From Bdellovibrionota bacterium (GTDB lineage: Bacteria; Bdellovibrionota_C; UBA2361; OMII01), in NCBI GenBank assembly GCA_044356215.1, contig JBIKWQ010000019.1:1-47021 (forward strand): a DNA stretch of 47,021 nucleotides, written 5' to 3'. Shown one piece after another: positions 16,751-26,749 of this stretch (position 1 is its first letter; every line of letters starts with the position of its first letter). The position numbers and the translations under genes are program-made. A model generated the notes under the pieces. It was not told the DNA's origin, ran no database searches, and saw nothing but the letters and a program-made list of their open reading frames with translations.

Positions 16751-19700
16751 ATGGAAGGCGACATTGTTCAGTTGAACGCGAGCCAGAAGAAATCAAAAGG
16801 CTCCGAGGCTCAGGAAGGTCACGGCTCTCTGGTAAATATATCGAGACGCAGGTTCCTGCAGGTTCTAGGAGCGACATCCGCAGTTGGGGCGGCCGCGTGC
16901 GCTAATCCAGCTGAGCAGAAGATAGTGCCTTACGTGAAGCCTGACCCAGAGCAGATACCGGGAGTATCGGTTTGGTACAGCTCGACATGTACAGAGTGCT
17001 CTGTAGGCTGCGGAATCCGAGTACGTGCTCGTGAGGGGCGCGCTGTAAAGATAGAAGGTAACCCAAACAGCCCGGTCAACCGTGGTAGCTTGTGTGGATT
17101 AGGACAATCAGCGCTCCAGTCGCTTTACGATCCGGACCGTGTTCGTGAGCCTCAGAAGAGGAAGAGTCGTGGACTAGAGCAGGATAAGCTCACAGCTCCG
17201 ACATCAAATACATTCGCGGCTGTATCTTGGGACGACGCTTACGCGAAGGTTCAGGACGCGGTATCAAAAGCTACTAACAAGAAGGTTTTGTTGACCGGTG
17301 AGTTGACAACTGCGCAGTCTGAGCTTGTTGAGAATTTCGTGTCTCAGTTGGGCTTTACCCACGTTATCTGGGACCCAACGCAGCCTGTGGCGGTAGCTAA
17401 GGCATCTGAGATGGTTTACGGGACTTTTGGTGTTCCGACTTATTCGATCGATAAGGCTCAAGTAGTTTTAAATTTCGGCGCTGACTTTTTAGAGACCTGG
17501 GGTAATCCAGTTGGCTACGCGCGTCAGTGGGCTGATTCGCGTCGCTCTGAGTCTCCTCTTCGGTTTATTCATGTAGAGCCGAGGCTTTCGTTGACTGGAG
17601 CTAACGCTGATCTCTGGCTGAAATCAGCCGTAGGCTCTGAAGCGCGTATTGCGCTCTTCCTGATAGGCGAGCTTCTAAAGGCAGGGCGCTCGAAGGGCTT
17701 GTCAGAGGACGCTAAATCAAAGCTTCAGAAGCTAACAGAGGGGATCACTGTTCAAGCTATTTCACAAGAGACAGGAGTTGCCGCTGAGAAGCTTGTGATG
17801 GTGGCGCATTATTTAGCTGAATCTGAAAGCTCGCTAGTTTTAGCGGGTGGAGCAGCTACACAAACCAGCGATCCTTTGCCGCTCTTAGTTGCCGCCAACA
17901 TCCTCAATCTCATGTTGGGTAATGTCGGCAAGACTGTAGATGTAGCGGCTATGAAGAAGCCTCAATCTTCAGCAAAGGCTGTATCTGAGCTAATAGCGGA
18001 TATGGAAGCTGGCAAGGTTGATGTGTTGATGACTTACAACACCAATCCGCAATTTACCTTCCCGTCGGCTTATGGATTTGGCTATGCCGCGAACAAGGTT
18101 GGCATCAAGGGTGAAGGAACGGGTAAGAAGGCAGGTCTAGTGGTAGCTCTAACAAGCCACCTCGATGAAACCGCTGAGCTAGCTGATTTCGTTTTACCAG
18201 TGCACACAAGTCTGGAGGATTGGGGTTACGTTAAGCTTGTTGATGGTTCTGTTAGTTTGATGCAGCCATCGATGCGACCAATTTTTAGTACCAAGAGCTT
18301 TGGAGACGTTTTAATAGAGATCGCTTCAAGCGCATCAAAGAGTATAGCTGGCGAAAGCAAGAGCTTTGACGCTTTTGTTAAGGCTGGATATCTCAAAGAG
18401 TGCGGAAATAAAGCAGGCGGCGATGTTGAGAAATTCTGGATGGCTAGCCTTGAGAAGGGAGGTCTATTCGAGTCTCAATCTCCGGCTAAGACAGGGGGAG
18501 CTGCTAGTGTAAATCCAGCTGTTTACTCGATGTCCTTTGGAGTTACAGTTCGCCCAGGAAGTGGGGATTCATTAGCGCTTTATCCTTATCCATCAGTTAA
18601 GTCTTTTGATGGACGTGCGGCAAATAGGCCGTGGCTACAGGAGCTAGCTGATCCGATCACTCAGGCAGTTTGGGGCGCGTGGGCTGAGATCCACCCAGAT
18701 ACAGCTAAGGCCTTAAATATAGCTCAGGGTGACGCGGTTGTTCTGCGTACAGATAACGGCGAGGTTCGCGCACCCGCTTATGTAACAGAGCACGTTCACC
18801 GTGGAGTGGTTGCTGTTCCAGTTGGTCAGGGTCACTCAAGCTATGGCCGATTCGCCAAGAGCGCCGCAGATGGGAGCGGTAGCGTTTACAGCCTGCTAGA
18901 CAAAGCTTTGGCGAAGGATGTGGATGCGCTAGTCATGACCGGCGCGACTGTTAAGGTTTCGCGTGGCCTAGGTAAGGGCAACTTAGTTACTGTTCAGGAT
19001 TTCGCCTCGCAGGAGAATCGTGAATTGGCGAGGACTACCATGTTGGTGGCCGGAACAGCGGGAGCCGCGGCGCACGCCCACGGGGAAGATCACGGGGAGG
19101 CGCACGGTACAGCGCATGGCGGAGGCCATGGAGAGTCGCACGGCGGAGAGCACGGCGGTCATCACGAGCCAAAGCAGATGTACGAGCAACGCGAGCATCC
19201 ATTGTATCAGTGGGGCTTGGCAGTTGATCTCGCGGCGTGCACAGGTTGCTCGGCGTGTGTGGTCGCTTGCTCGGCTGAGAATAACATTCCAGTAGTCGGC
19301 AAGAAGGTTGTCTCACAGGGACGTGAGATGGCTTGGATCCGCATCGAGCGCTACTACGATTCAGTAAAGACAGAGAACGGCGGAGAGGAGCTCAAAGTAA
19401 GCTTCCTGCCTATGATGTGTCAGCACTGTCAGAACGCTCCTTGCGAGCCGGTTTGCCCAGTGTACGCGACCTATCACAACGAAGAGGGTATGAACGCGAT
19501 GATCTACAATCGTTGCGTAGGTACTCGTTACTGCTCGAACAACTGTTCTTACAAGGTTAGACGCTTTAACTGGTTCCAGTACGAGTGGCCAGAGCTACTT
19601 GATTGGCAGTTGAATCCAGATGTGACCAAGCGAACAGTAGGCATCATGGAGAAGTGCTCGTTCTGTGTGCAGAGGATCGCCGAGGCTAAGGATATCGCGA

Positions 19701-19912
19701 AGGATCTCGGTAGGCTCGTTGAGGATGGAGATATCACGCCGGCGTGTGTGCAGACCTGTCCAACTCAGGCATTAACTTTCGGAAACCTAAAGGATCCGAA
19801 CAGCAGAGTAAGCAAAGCAGCTAAGAGTGAGCGCGCGTATAAGGTGCTAGATCACCACTTAAATACGCAGCCATCAGTGAGCTACTTAAACGATATCCGA
19901 TACAAGGCTTAA
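16751..19912 (+). CDS. actB: ACIII ActB (molybdopterin-oxidoreductase-like domain + Fe-S domain), Tat lipoprotein
   Basis: SRRRFLQ Tat motif with AAAC lipobox; PWLQELADPIT; CTGCSACVVAC, CQHC..APCEPVCP, YNRCVGTRYCSNNC and MEKCSFC...PACVQTCP. Confidence 0.95.
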   Translation: MEGDIVQLNASQKKSKGSEAQEGHGSLVNISRRRFLQVLGATSAVGAAACANPAEQKIVPYVKPDPEQIPGVSVWYSSTCTECSVGCGIRVRAREGRAVKIEGNPNSPVNRGSLCGLGQSALQSLYDPDRVREPQKRKSRGLEQDKLTAPTSNTFAAVSWDDAYAKVQDAVSKATNKKVLLTGELTTAQSELVENFVSQLGFTHVIWDPTQPVAVAKASEMVYGTFGVPTYSIDKAQVVLNFGADFLETWGNPVGYARQWADSRRSESPLRFIHVEPRLSLTGANADLWLKSAVGSEARIALFLIGELLKAGRSKGLSEDAKSKLQKLTEGITVQAISQETGVAAEKLVMVAHYLAESESSLVLAGGAATQTSDPLPLLVAANILNLMLGNVGKTVDVAAMKKPQSSAKAVSELIADMEAGKVDVLMTYNTNPQFTFPSAYGFGYAANKVGIKGEGTGKKAGLVVALTSHLDETAELADFVLPVHTSLEDWGYVKLVDGSVSLMQPSMRPIFSTKSFGDVLIEIASSASKSIAGESKSFDAFVKAGYLKECGNKAGGDVEKFWMASLEKGGLFESQSPAKTGGAASVNPAVYSMSFGVTVRPGSGDSLALYPYPSVKSFDGRAANRPWLQELADPITQAVWGAWAEIHPDTAKALNIAQGDAVVLRTDNGEVRAPAYVTEHVHRGVVAVPVGQGHSSYGRFAKSAADGSGSVYSLLDKALAKDVDALVMTGATVKVSRGLGKGNLVTVQDFASQENRELARTTMLVAGTAGAAAHAHGEDHGEAHGTAHGGGHGESHGGEHGGHHEPKQMYEQREHPLYQWGLAVDLAACTGCSACVVACSAENNIPVVGKKVVSQGREMAWIRIERYYDSVKTENGGEELKVSFLPMMCQHCQNAPCEPVCPVYATYHNEEGMNAMIYNRCVGTRYCSNNCSYKVRRFNWFQYEWPELLDWQLNPDVTKRTVGIMEKCSFCVQRIAEAKDIAKDLGRLVEDGDITPACVQTCPTQALTFGNLKDPNSRVSKAAKSERAYKVLDHHLNTQPSVSYLNDIRYKA

Positions 19913-19931
19913 GCGACGAGAGACGGAAATC

Positions 19932-21320
19932 ATGGAAAGCAATCATAACACAAACAGGTCGGACGCGGAGGCACCAGTTACCTACGCTGAGGTAAATGAC
20001 ACGGTCTTGAAGATGTTGGAGCCGCCAGGAACTGGATGGTTTCTTCTTCTTTTTACCTGCCTCTTTTTCCTGGCTATCGGAGCTTCGTGCTGGTTTTACC
20101 AGATGTGGAGCGGTTTCGGAGAGTCAGGTAAGAGCCACCCGATCGGATGGGGTACATACATCACCAACTTCGTATTCTGGGTAGGTATCGCGCACTCAGG
20201 AACTCTGATATCCGCGGTTTTGTACCTCTTCAGAGCGGCGTTTAGACAGCCGATCTATCGGTTAGCTGAGGCGATGACTGTTTTCGCGGTTATGACCGCT
20301 GGATTATTCCCGATCATACACTTGGGTCGTCCTTGGTACGCATTGTGGCTGATGCCGTATCCAAACCAGCGTGCTCTGTGGCCGCAGTTTAGGTCTCCGC
20401 TCCTTTGGGACGTGTTCGCGGTTTCTACTTACTTTACGATATCGGCTACCTTCTTCTTTGTCGGCCTCATTCCTGATATCGCAGCGGCTCGCGATAGAGC
20501 GACGACTAAGTTCCGTAAGGCTCTTTACGGAGTTACTTGCTTAGGCTGGCGTGGAAGCCACACTCAGTGGAAACACTACCAGGCGGCATATCTGATTTTC
20601 GCAGCTTTCGCGACTCCACTCGTAGTATCAGTGCACTCGGTGGTTTCTTGGGACTTCGCGATGAGTATCGTTCCAGGTTGGCACGCGACGATCTTCCCGC
20701 CGTACTTCGTAGCGGGAGCGATCTTCTCCGGTGTCGCGATGGTTATCACCTTGGCGATTCCGCTTCGTAAGGCGTTTGGCCTTGAGAGGTTAATCACCTC
20801 TTTCCACTTTGACGCGATGAGCAAGCTAATTCTCTTGACGTCGGGTGTGGTATCTTACTCATACATTACCGAGTTCTACACCGCTTGGTTCAGCAACAAC
20901 CCGTTTGAGAGGTACCAATTCTGGTTCCGACCATTCGGTGAGTTTTGGATGGCGTTTTGGGGCATGACTTTCTGTAACTGTATATTCCCGCAGCTACTTT
21001 GGGTTAAGTCTCTGCGAACGAATATTCCTTTCCTGTTCGTACTTTCGATCTTCATCAATATCGGAATGTGGTTAGAGCGTTTCAACATCATCTTCCAGTC
21101 CCTTACTCGTGAGTTCATCCCAGCGGCTTGGGGTGGTTACAACTTCTCATGGGTTGAGGTGGGAATTACAGTTGGAGCCTTTGGTTGGTTCGGAATGTGG
21201 ATGACGCTTTTCATTAAGTTCTTCCCGTCAGTAGCTATCACTGAGATTAAGGAGATCCTCCCACCTCCGATGAGAAGGGGAGATCACGGACACGGCGTAG
21301 CCGCGGGAGCGGGACATTAG
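19932..21320 (+). CDS. actC: ACIII ActC (NrfD/PsrC family quinol-binding membrane subunit)
   Basis: ITNFVFWVGIAHSGTLISA, HLGRPW, FRSPLLWDVFAVSTY and SVHSVVSWDFA. Confidence 0.96.
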   Translation: MESNHNTNRSDAEAPVTYAEVNDTVLKMLEPPGTGWFLLLFTCLFFLAIGASCWFYQMWSGFGESGKSHPIGWGTYITNFVFWVGIAHSGTLISAVLYLFRAAFRQPIYRLAEAMTVFAVMTAGLFPIIHLGRPWYALWLMPYPNQRALWPQFRSPLLWDVFAVSTYFTISATFFFVGLIPDIAAARDRATTKFRKALYGVTCLGWRGSHTQWKHYQAAYLIFAAFATPLVVSVHSVVSWDFAMSIVPGWHATIFPPYFVAGAIFSGVAMVITLAIPLRKAFGLERLITSFHFDAMSKLILLTSGVVSYSYITEFYTAWFSNNPFERYQFWFRPFGEFWMAFWGMTFCNCIFPQLLWVKSLRTNIPFLFVLSIFINIGMWLERFNIIFQSLTREFIPAAWGGYNFSWVEVGITVGAFGWFGMWMTLFIKFFPSVAITEIKEILPPPMRRGDHGHGVAAGAGH

Positions 21321-21344
21321 GATTAGGAAGTAGGGAGCTTTGCT

Positions 21345-21863
21345 ATGGTAGAGTCATCAAGTCGAGCGGTAGTAGGGGTGTTCACCTATATGGATGACGC
21401 TCTCGAGGCGGTTAAGAAGGTTAAATCCGCTAACATGGATTACCGAATGTACTCCCCAGTACCTCGCCATGAGATCGAGGAGGTTACATACCCAGAGAAG
21501 AGTCCAGTGAGAACTGTGGCGTTGATATGCGCGATCACGGGATGTATTGCTGGATTCGCGTTGGCGATCCTCTGTTCCCTTGATTGGCCGATGCGCACCA
21601 GCGCTAAGAATGTGGTTTCGATCCCGGCGTTTTTTGTCCCTGGATATGAGTGGACGATCCTGTTTGGTGGTTTAGGAACCCTGATGTCGATCCTGGTTTT
21701 CTGCAGGTTGCCCTCGGTGTGTCGCGCCGCCGGCTATGACCCGCGATTCTCAAACGACAAGTTTGGTGTTGTGGTCGCTTGCGCTGGAAATCAGGTCGAC
21801 GACGTAAAGCGTCGCATGCTCGATTCCGGAGCTGATGAGGTCGATGTTAGGGATAGTTTGTAA
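21345..21863 (+). CDS. actD: ACIII ActD (DUF3341)
   Basis: YSPVP.H, two TM helices, DWP, PAF...YEWTILF and YDPRFSNDKF. Confidence 0.93.
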   Translation: MVESSSRAVVGVFTYMDDALEAVKKVKSANMDYRMYSPVPRHEIEEVTYPEKSPVRTVALICAITGCIAGFALAILCSLDWPMRTSAKNVVSIPAFFVPGYEWTILFGGLGTLMSILVFCRLPSVCRAAGYDPRFSNDKFGVVVACAGNQVDDVKRRMLDSGADEVDVRDSL

Positions 21864-21880
21864 ATTAGTGAGAGGAGCAG

Positions 21881-22396
21881 ATGAGCGCAGCTCGATGTGT
21901 TAAAGGTTTCGCTGTAGTGGCCTCGTGCTTCCTAGCTTTTTTGGCTAGGGATGTTAGAGCGCTTCCCTTCAACGACGATATGGTGAACGTGCAAAAGCGC
22001 ACGGGTGTGATGATGCGCCCGAAAGCCCCGGGAACGGTTGCTATCGGAATGTCGCAATATCACGTTAAGTCACGAGAAGAGGCTGAAGCCCTTTCTAATC
22101 CGATCAAGGGCGATGCTCTTTCAACTGCGAACGGTAAGAGGTTGTTCGCCGTGAATTGCTTGCCTTGTCATGGCGATATCAGCAAGAAGCCATACGAGCC
22201 TGGTTCTGTCGGTAAGAAGGCTCTTCAGACCCCACCTGATCTGACCACAGATATGTATAAGGGCAGAACAGACGGTAGTATTTACGCGACGATTCACTTC
22301 GGTATTCGTTTAATGCCAGGACATGGGTGGAAGCTATCGCCGACTGAGCATTGGGATATCGTCAATTACGTTCGTAGTCAGCAAGGTGTTAATTAG
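21881..22396 (+). CDS. actE: ACIII ActE monoheme cytochrome c
   Basis: GKRLFAVNCLPCHG, DG.IY.TI..G...MP and W.IVNYVRS.Q; operon position. Confidence 0.9.
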   Translation: MSAARCVKGFAVVASCFLAFLARDVRALPFNDDMVNVQKRTGVMMRPKAPGTVAIGMSQYHVKSREEAEALSNPIKGDALSTANGKRLFAVNCLPCHGDISKKPYEPGSVGKKALQTPPDLTTDMYKGRTDGSIYATIHFGIRLMPGHGWKLSPTEHWDIVNYVRSQQGVN

Positions 22397-22411
22397 TTAG
22401 AGGTATAAAAG

Positions 22412-23692
22412 ATGTCGCACGTACACATGGTTCCAGTGAACATCGAGAAGGTGGTAAACGCCGGTCCGATCACAACAGAATCCTCAACCTACACGAAATT
22501 GTGGTGCATGGTGTTTGTTGGTGTTTTCGTATTCGCGTACGGGTTGCTAGCTGGAGATGCCGGCCATACATGGGGAGCGTTTTACGTTAACGCGGTGTAT
22601 TTTCAGGGGTTAGCCTTGGGTGGCGTGATGACTACGGTCATTATGCAGATCGTTAGAGGTACGTGGGGAGCGCCAGTGCGTCGCTTGGCTGAGGCGAACG
22701 TCGCTTATCTGCCAGTCGCGTTCGTTGTTTTTCTAACAACTTACTTTGGTCGTGAGTACATATTCTACTGGGGTAGGAATCCTATGCCAGGACGTGAGTG
22801 GTGGATGACTCCCGGTTTTGTATACGCGCGATTCGCGATACTTTTCTTCGTTCTTTATCTTCTAATGGCGCGTTTTGTTGGTATGTCACTTCGTGGTGAT
22901 GTTGGTCTTGCTAAAGATAGGGCTACTAATAAGTCGACGTGGAGCTTGCCTATTCACAGGTACTTGCTCAGGGGATGGAAGGGGGCTGAGCGAGAGGTAA
23001 TCCCTCTGCAACGCAAGATGTCGGTCAATGGTCCAGTTGTTGTATTAGCTTATGCGGTGACCATTTCCCTGTTCTCGTTTGAGATGATTATGGGACAGAA
23101 CCCAACTTGGTTCTCAAACCTTTTTGGCGCCTTCATATTCGTTAGCCAGATCTATATCGGTTGGGCAGGATTAGCTTTGATGAGTATGTTCTTCTCAAAG
23201 AGGAATAAGGGCCTCGGAGAGTTGATTACATCGCAACAGTTCTGGGATCTCGGTAAGCTTAACTTCGGCTTCTGCATGTTGTGGGGATACATGTTCTGGT
23301 CGCAGTTCCTGACGCAGTGGTACGGAAACCTTCCTGAGGAGACTCAATGGTTAATCCTCCGCACACGTGAGTTTCCTTGGAAGGGACTAGCGTGGATCGT
23401 GTTTCCTATGTGCTTTATTATCCCGTTTATCTCGTTACTGAGTAGGGATGTGAAGAAGAACCCGGTGACCTACGCGATAGTTTGCTTGGTTCTTATGACA
23501 GGAGTTTGGCTGGATAGATATCTGATCATTATGCCGGAGATCAGCCCAAGCCATATCCCGTTAGGGCTAACTGAGGTTGGAATATTCATTGGGTTCCTCG
23601 GTGCTTACCTGATTTGCATCAGGAGCTTTCTAAGTAAATTTCCTTATGTGACTGTGTCGCATCCGCTCACTCATGGCAGTGCCGAGTGGTAA
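22412..23692 (+). CDS. actF: ACIII ActF membrane subunit
   Basis: About 10 TM helices; W..PVRRLAEA, WFSNLFG, DLGKL.FGF and WSQFLTQWYGNLPEET.W. Confidence 0.93.
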   Translation: MSHVHMVPVNIEKVVNAGPITTESSTYTKLWCMVFVGVFVFAYGLLAGDAGHTWGAFYVNAVYFQGLALGGVMTTVIMQIVRGTWGAPVRRLAEANVAYLPVAFVVFLTTYFGREYIFYWGRNPMPGREWWMTPGFVYARFAILFFVLYLLMARFVGMSLRGDVGLAKDRATNKSTWSLPIHRYLLRGWKGAEREVIPLQRKMSVNGPVVVLAYAVTISLFSFEMIMGQNPTWFSNLFGAFIFVSQIYIGWAGLALMSMFFSKRNKGLGELITSQQFWDLGKLNFGFCMLWGYMFWSQFLTQWYGNLPEETQWLILRTREFPWKGLAWIVFPMCFIIPFISLLSRDVKKNPVTYAIVCLVLMTGVWLDRYLIIMPEISPSHIPLGLTEVGIFIGFLGAYLICIRSFLSKFPYVTVSHPLTHGSAEW

Positions 23693-23848
23693 AAAGGACA
23701 TAGGTAAGGGGTTTTATTTCTTGGTTTTATTGGTTAAACACCAGCCATAAGCTGATAAACAGGGGGCCTGGTGTTGAAAGTATGGCCCAAAGCGTGGTAA
23801 TAAACGACTCTCGTTTTTACAGGCCTGATATTATTTTGGTAGTGATTT

Positions 23849-24034
23849 ATGGCAGTTCCAAAGAAAAGAACATCTCGATCTAAGCGTGATATGCGTCGTT
23901 CTCACCACGCTCTTACTCGTACATATGCAATCGTTTGCCCTAAGTGTGCTGAGCCTGTGTTGCCACACCGTGCGTGTTCAAGCTGCGGTTCGTACAGGGG
24001 CAAAGAGGTAGCAAAGACTAAGGCAGCAGCTTAA
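23849..24034 (+). CDS. rpmF: 50S ribosomal protein L32 (Zn-ribbon type)
   Basis: [23 protein letters not shown]...HRACSSCG.Y. Confidence 0.98.
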   Translation: MAVPKKRTSRSKRDMRRSHHALTRTYAIVCPKCAEPVLPHRACSSCGSYRGKEVAKTKAAA

Positions 24035-24057
24035 GTTCCCCCTCTTTATCAAGATCT

Positions 24058-25230
24058 GTGACCCAACAATCAAATTCACAACCTTCGGCGGGACTACCAA
24101 TCGCGGTCGACGCGATGGGGGGTGACCACGGTCCTAAAGTTGTTGTCGAGGGCGCGATAGCCGCGGCACGGGACTTTGGGATAGCCGCTGTACTTGTCGG
24201 CGACGAGAACCAGATTAATCCGCTGCTAAGCTCGTGCGATCCGAGCAGAGAGCTCCCTATAACAGTTCAGCACGCCTCACAGGTAGTCGGAATGGATGAG
24301 GCTCCTGGATTAGCTATTAGAGGCAAGCAAGATTCATCCATCAGAGTAGCTTTTGATCTAGTTTCTAAAGGTAAGGCAAATGCAGTTGTAAGCCCTGGAA
24401 ACACTGGGGCCATTATGGCCGCCGGTGTGTTCGTTGTCGGTACGCTGCCCGGTATCGCTAGACCCGCGATAGCTTCACTTATTCCTAAAGGTGTCTCTGG
24501 TACTCCTACTGTTCTCTTAGATGCTGGCGCGAACACTGGGTGCCAGGCTTTTCAGTTAGTGCAGTTCGCTCTAATGGGACATTACTACGCAGAGGCAGCG
24601 CTAGGTTGCTCCGCACCGCGTATCGCGTTGCTTTCTAACGGCACTGAGCTCGCCAAGGGGAACGATATCATTCGTTCCGCGGCGATGATGTTGTCTGAGT
24701 TAGAGGGGATTAACTTCATTGGCTATGTCGAGGGGCGAGATATCGCGCGAGATGTAGTCGATGTTGTTGTTTGTGACGGATTCGTCGGCAATATCGTTCT
24801 TAAAGCGATGGAAGGTTGCGTTGGTCTGGTGACTGACTCTATCAAATCGGTAGCGCAGACAAGTTTGCGGGGAAAGATCGGTCTTTGGCTAGCTCGACCG
24901 GTTCTTAGGTCGGTTTTTCGAGAGAAGCTGGATCCTTCTGCTTATGGAGGAGCGCCTCTTCTCGGCCTTGGACAGGTGGCGATTAAGTGTCACGGATCCT
25001 CATCAAGTCGGGCAGTCATGAACGGTATTCGCGTCGCTAAAAGATTCGTTGATCAGGGAGTGCTTAGTAGCTTAAACGTCGCTCTCCAGCAGCTAGACGC
25101 GCGCATCGCGGGGGTTGATTCTGAGGGTGGAAACGGTTGGTCGAGAGCTTTTGATAGGAAAGCTAGTGGGATGAAAGATCAAGATAAGAGTTCAAAGGGT
25201 TCGGTAGGAGGAGAAAATGGCAGAGAGTAA
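24058..25230 (+). CDS. plsX: Phosphate acyltransferase
   Basis: IAVDAMGGD, SPGNTGA, LLDAGAN, VCDGFVGNI.LK and YGGAPLLG...HGSS. Confidence 0.97.
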   Translation: MTQQSNSQPSAGLPIAVDAMGGDHGPKVVVEGAIAAARDFGIAAVLVGDENQINPLLSSCDPSRELPITVQHASQVVGMDEAPGLAIRGKQDSSIRVAFDLVSKGKANAVVSPGNTGAIMAAGVFVVGTLPGIARPAIASLIPKGVSGTPTVLLDAGANTGCQAFQLVQFALMGHYYAEAALGCSAPRIALLSNGTELAKGNDIIRSAAMMLSELEGINFIGYVEGRDIARDVVDVVVCDGFVGNIVLKAMEGCVGLVTDSIKSVAQTSLRGKIGLWLARPVLRSVFREKLDPSAYGGAPLLGLGQVAIKCHGSSSSRAVMNGIRVAKRFVDQGVLSSLNVALQQLDARIAGVDSEGGNGWSRAFDRKASGMKDQDKSSKGSVGGENGRE

Positions 25231-25963
25231 GAAGAGGGTAGCGCTAGTAACAGGAGCTTCACGTGGTATCGGACGCTCGATCGCTGTAGCATTAGCTAAG
25301 CAGGGCTGTTTTGTAATCATCAATTACTCCTCATCTCCTGAGGCGGCTCAAGAGACTCTAAACGAGGTCAGAGAGGTCGGAGGAGACGGCGAGGTTCTTA
25401 AGTTCGCGGTGCAGGATAGTGAGGCCGTAGAGAGCGCCTTTGATGGGATTAAGTCTCGTCATGGTCAGTTAGATATCCTAGTTAATAACGCTGGAATCTC
25501 GCGCGATGGTTTGGTCCTGAGAATGAAGGACGAGGAGTGGTTAGCGACGATGGGCGTAAACCTAAACGGGGCTTTCTTCTGTTCACGTGCCGCGGCGCGA
25601 CTCATGCTAAAATCTAAGTGGGGCAGGATAGTAAATATCTCCTCAGTGGTCGGAGAGATGGGTAATGCGGGCCAGGTTCCTTATGTATCTTCTAAGGCTG
25701 GTATGATCGGTTTAACAAAGGCTTTAGCCAAGGAGCTAGCATCACGCAATGTAACAGTGAACGCGATAGCGCCTGGATTTATCGAGACAGATATGACAGC
25801 GGCTCTGGATGATAAGGTCAGGGGAGAGCACATGAAAGCGATTCCCCTAGGTCGTTACGGCCAAGCTAATGAGGTAGCGGAGCTAGTCGCGTTCCTAACG
25901 TCTGATAACGCCGCCTATATTACCGGTCAGGTAATCGGGATTAATGGTGGGATGTATATGTAG
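25217..25963 (+). CDS. fabG: 3-oxoacyl-ACP reductase
   Basis: TGASRGIG, NNAGI.RD, YxxSK and VNAIAPGFI.TDMT. Confidence 0.96.
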   Translation: MAESKKRVALVTGASRGIGRSIAVALAKQGCFVIINYSSSPEAAQETLNEVREVGGDGEVLKFAVQDSEAVESAFDGIKSRHGQLDILVNNAGISRDGLVLRMKDEEWLATMGVNLNGAFFCSRAAARLMLKSKWGRIVNISSVVGEMGNAGQVPYVSSKAGMIGLTKALAKELASRNVTVNAIAPGFIETDMTAALDDKVRGEHMKAIPLGRYGQANEVAELVAFLTSDNAAYITGQVIGINGGMYM

Positions 25964-26012
25964 GGGGGGGCCTCAATAGGCCTTATATTTTTTCTCCTAA
26001 TCCTTCTCCTCA

Positions 26013-26350
26013 TCCTGCACCTGCACGGTCAATCCCTAAATAGAGTTTACATCAAATAAGCTATTTTTAGGTAAGGGGGACGCGGAGCGATGAATAGCTG
26101 TTACAGGGGAATAGCGATAACCATGCCTCGGGCAAGCCCACACTAAGCGGCGCGGGAGCGCCGCGCTCCGAAAGATGCTACTTTAATCCTAGCCTCTGTG
26201 ATCCTCTGTGGTTTCCTCTTCCCTTGAGCCTGTAGAACTATCTTAGAATAAATTCTACATCGAGGTCGCGGAGGGCCACGGAGATTCAACTTTGCTTATT
26301 TCACTTATTTCTAGGTAGAGGAAGAGGAGGAGATAGGTGCAGGTGCAGGA
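26013..26350. repeat. Nested inverted repeats in the fabG-acpP spacer
   Basis: Perfect 14-bp IR TCCTGCACCTGCAC (26013-26026) / GTGCAGGTGCAGGA (26337-26350) encloses a long G-U-rich hairpin at 26194-26283. Confidence 0.7.
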
Positions 26351-26566
26351 GGAAGAGTAGTAGATAGCAAGAGAAGGAAGATTGACCGAATGCCCTTCCC
26401 AGCTAACCACCTGACATAAAAGCGCTTATTATTGAGTCTTTAACCACCATTTTCAGGTACATCCTAAATTTATACCCGCTAGGTCTTGACTATTACCCTC
26501 CTGTCTAATTAAATCAGGGGATTGACGTTCGAGGTATTTAGGCTGTTTGGGTCTAGTTAGACTTAA

Positions 26567-26749
26567 GGAAGGCCGGCAAAATCCCTCCCTATTGCGAAAG
26601 CGGATCTTGAGTCGCTTTTCGAGTTTTCGAGATGGGAAAAAATCCTCAATGTATCACAGTGGATACACTTGCGGTTTTTCCCCATCTCGAAAATCGAATA
26701 TCAACTCAACCTCCACTTTCTCGCTACGGGTAGGTTTTGCCGGCCTTCC
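26567..26749. mobile_element. MITE copy 3 (183 bp), inverted relative to copies 1 and 2
   Basis: Same TIRs with one mismatch; TTAA duplicated at 26563-26566 and 26750-26753; 8 substitutions versus copy 1, all transitions. Confidence 0.92.

Noticed and set aside
18983..19560. Several overlapping short ORFs within actB
   Set aside because: Shadow frames of the GC-rich His/Gly repeat region; the same applies to other antisense ORFs inside long genes.
16751..19912. ActB as a catalytic molybdoenzyme (nitrate/formate/polysulfide reductase) or the operon as Qrc/Nrf
   Set aside because: The fused B1-B2 architecture and the presence of ActD, ActE and ActF identify ACIII; Mo-cofactor binding cannot be shown from sequence.
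26486..26514. Sigma70-like promoter TTGACT-17-TTAAAT upstream of MITE copy 3 and acpP
   Set aside because: The -10 match is weak; it cannot be supported without TSS data.
14..26749. Repeats as a CRISPR array or tRNA/rRNA
   Set aside because: Copies are 183 bp, dispersed and bounded by TIRs with target duplications; there is no repeat-spacer periodicity, cas gene or cloverleaf.
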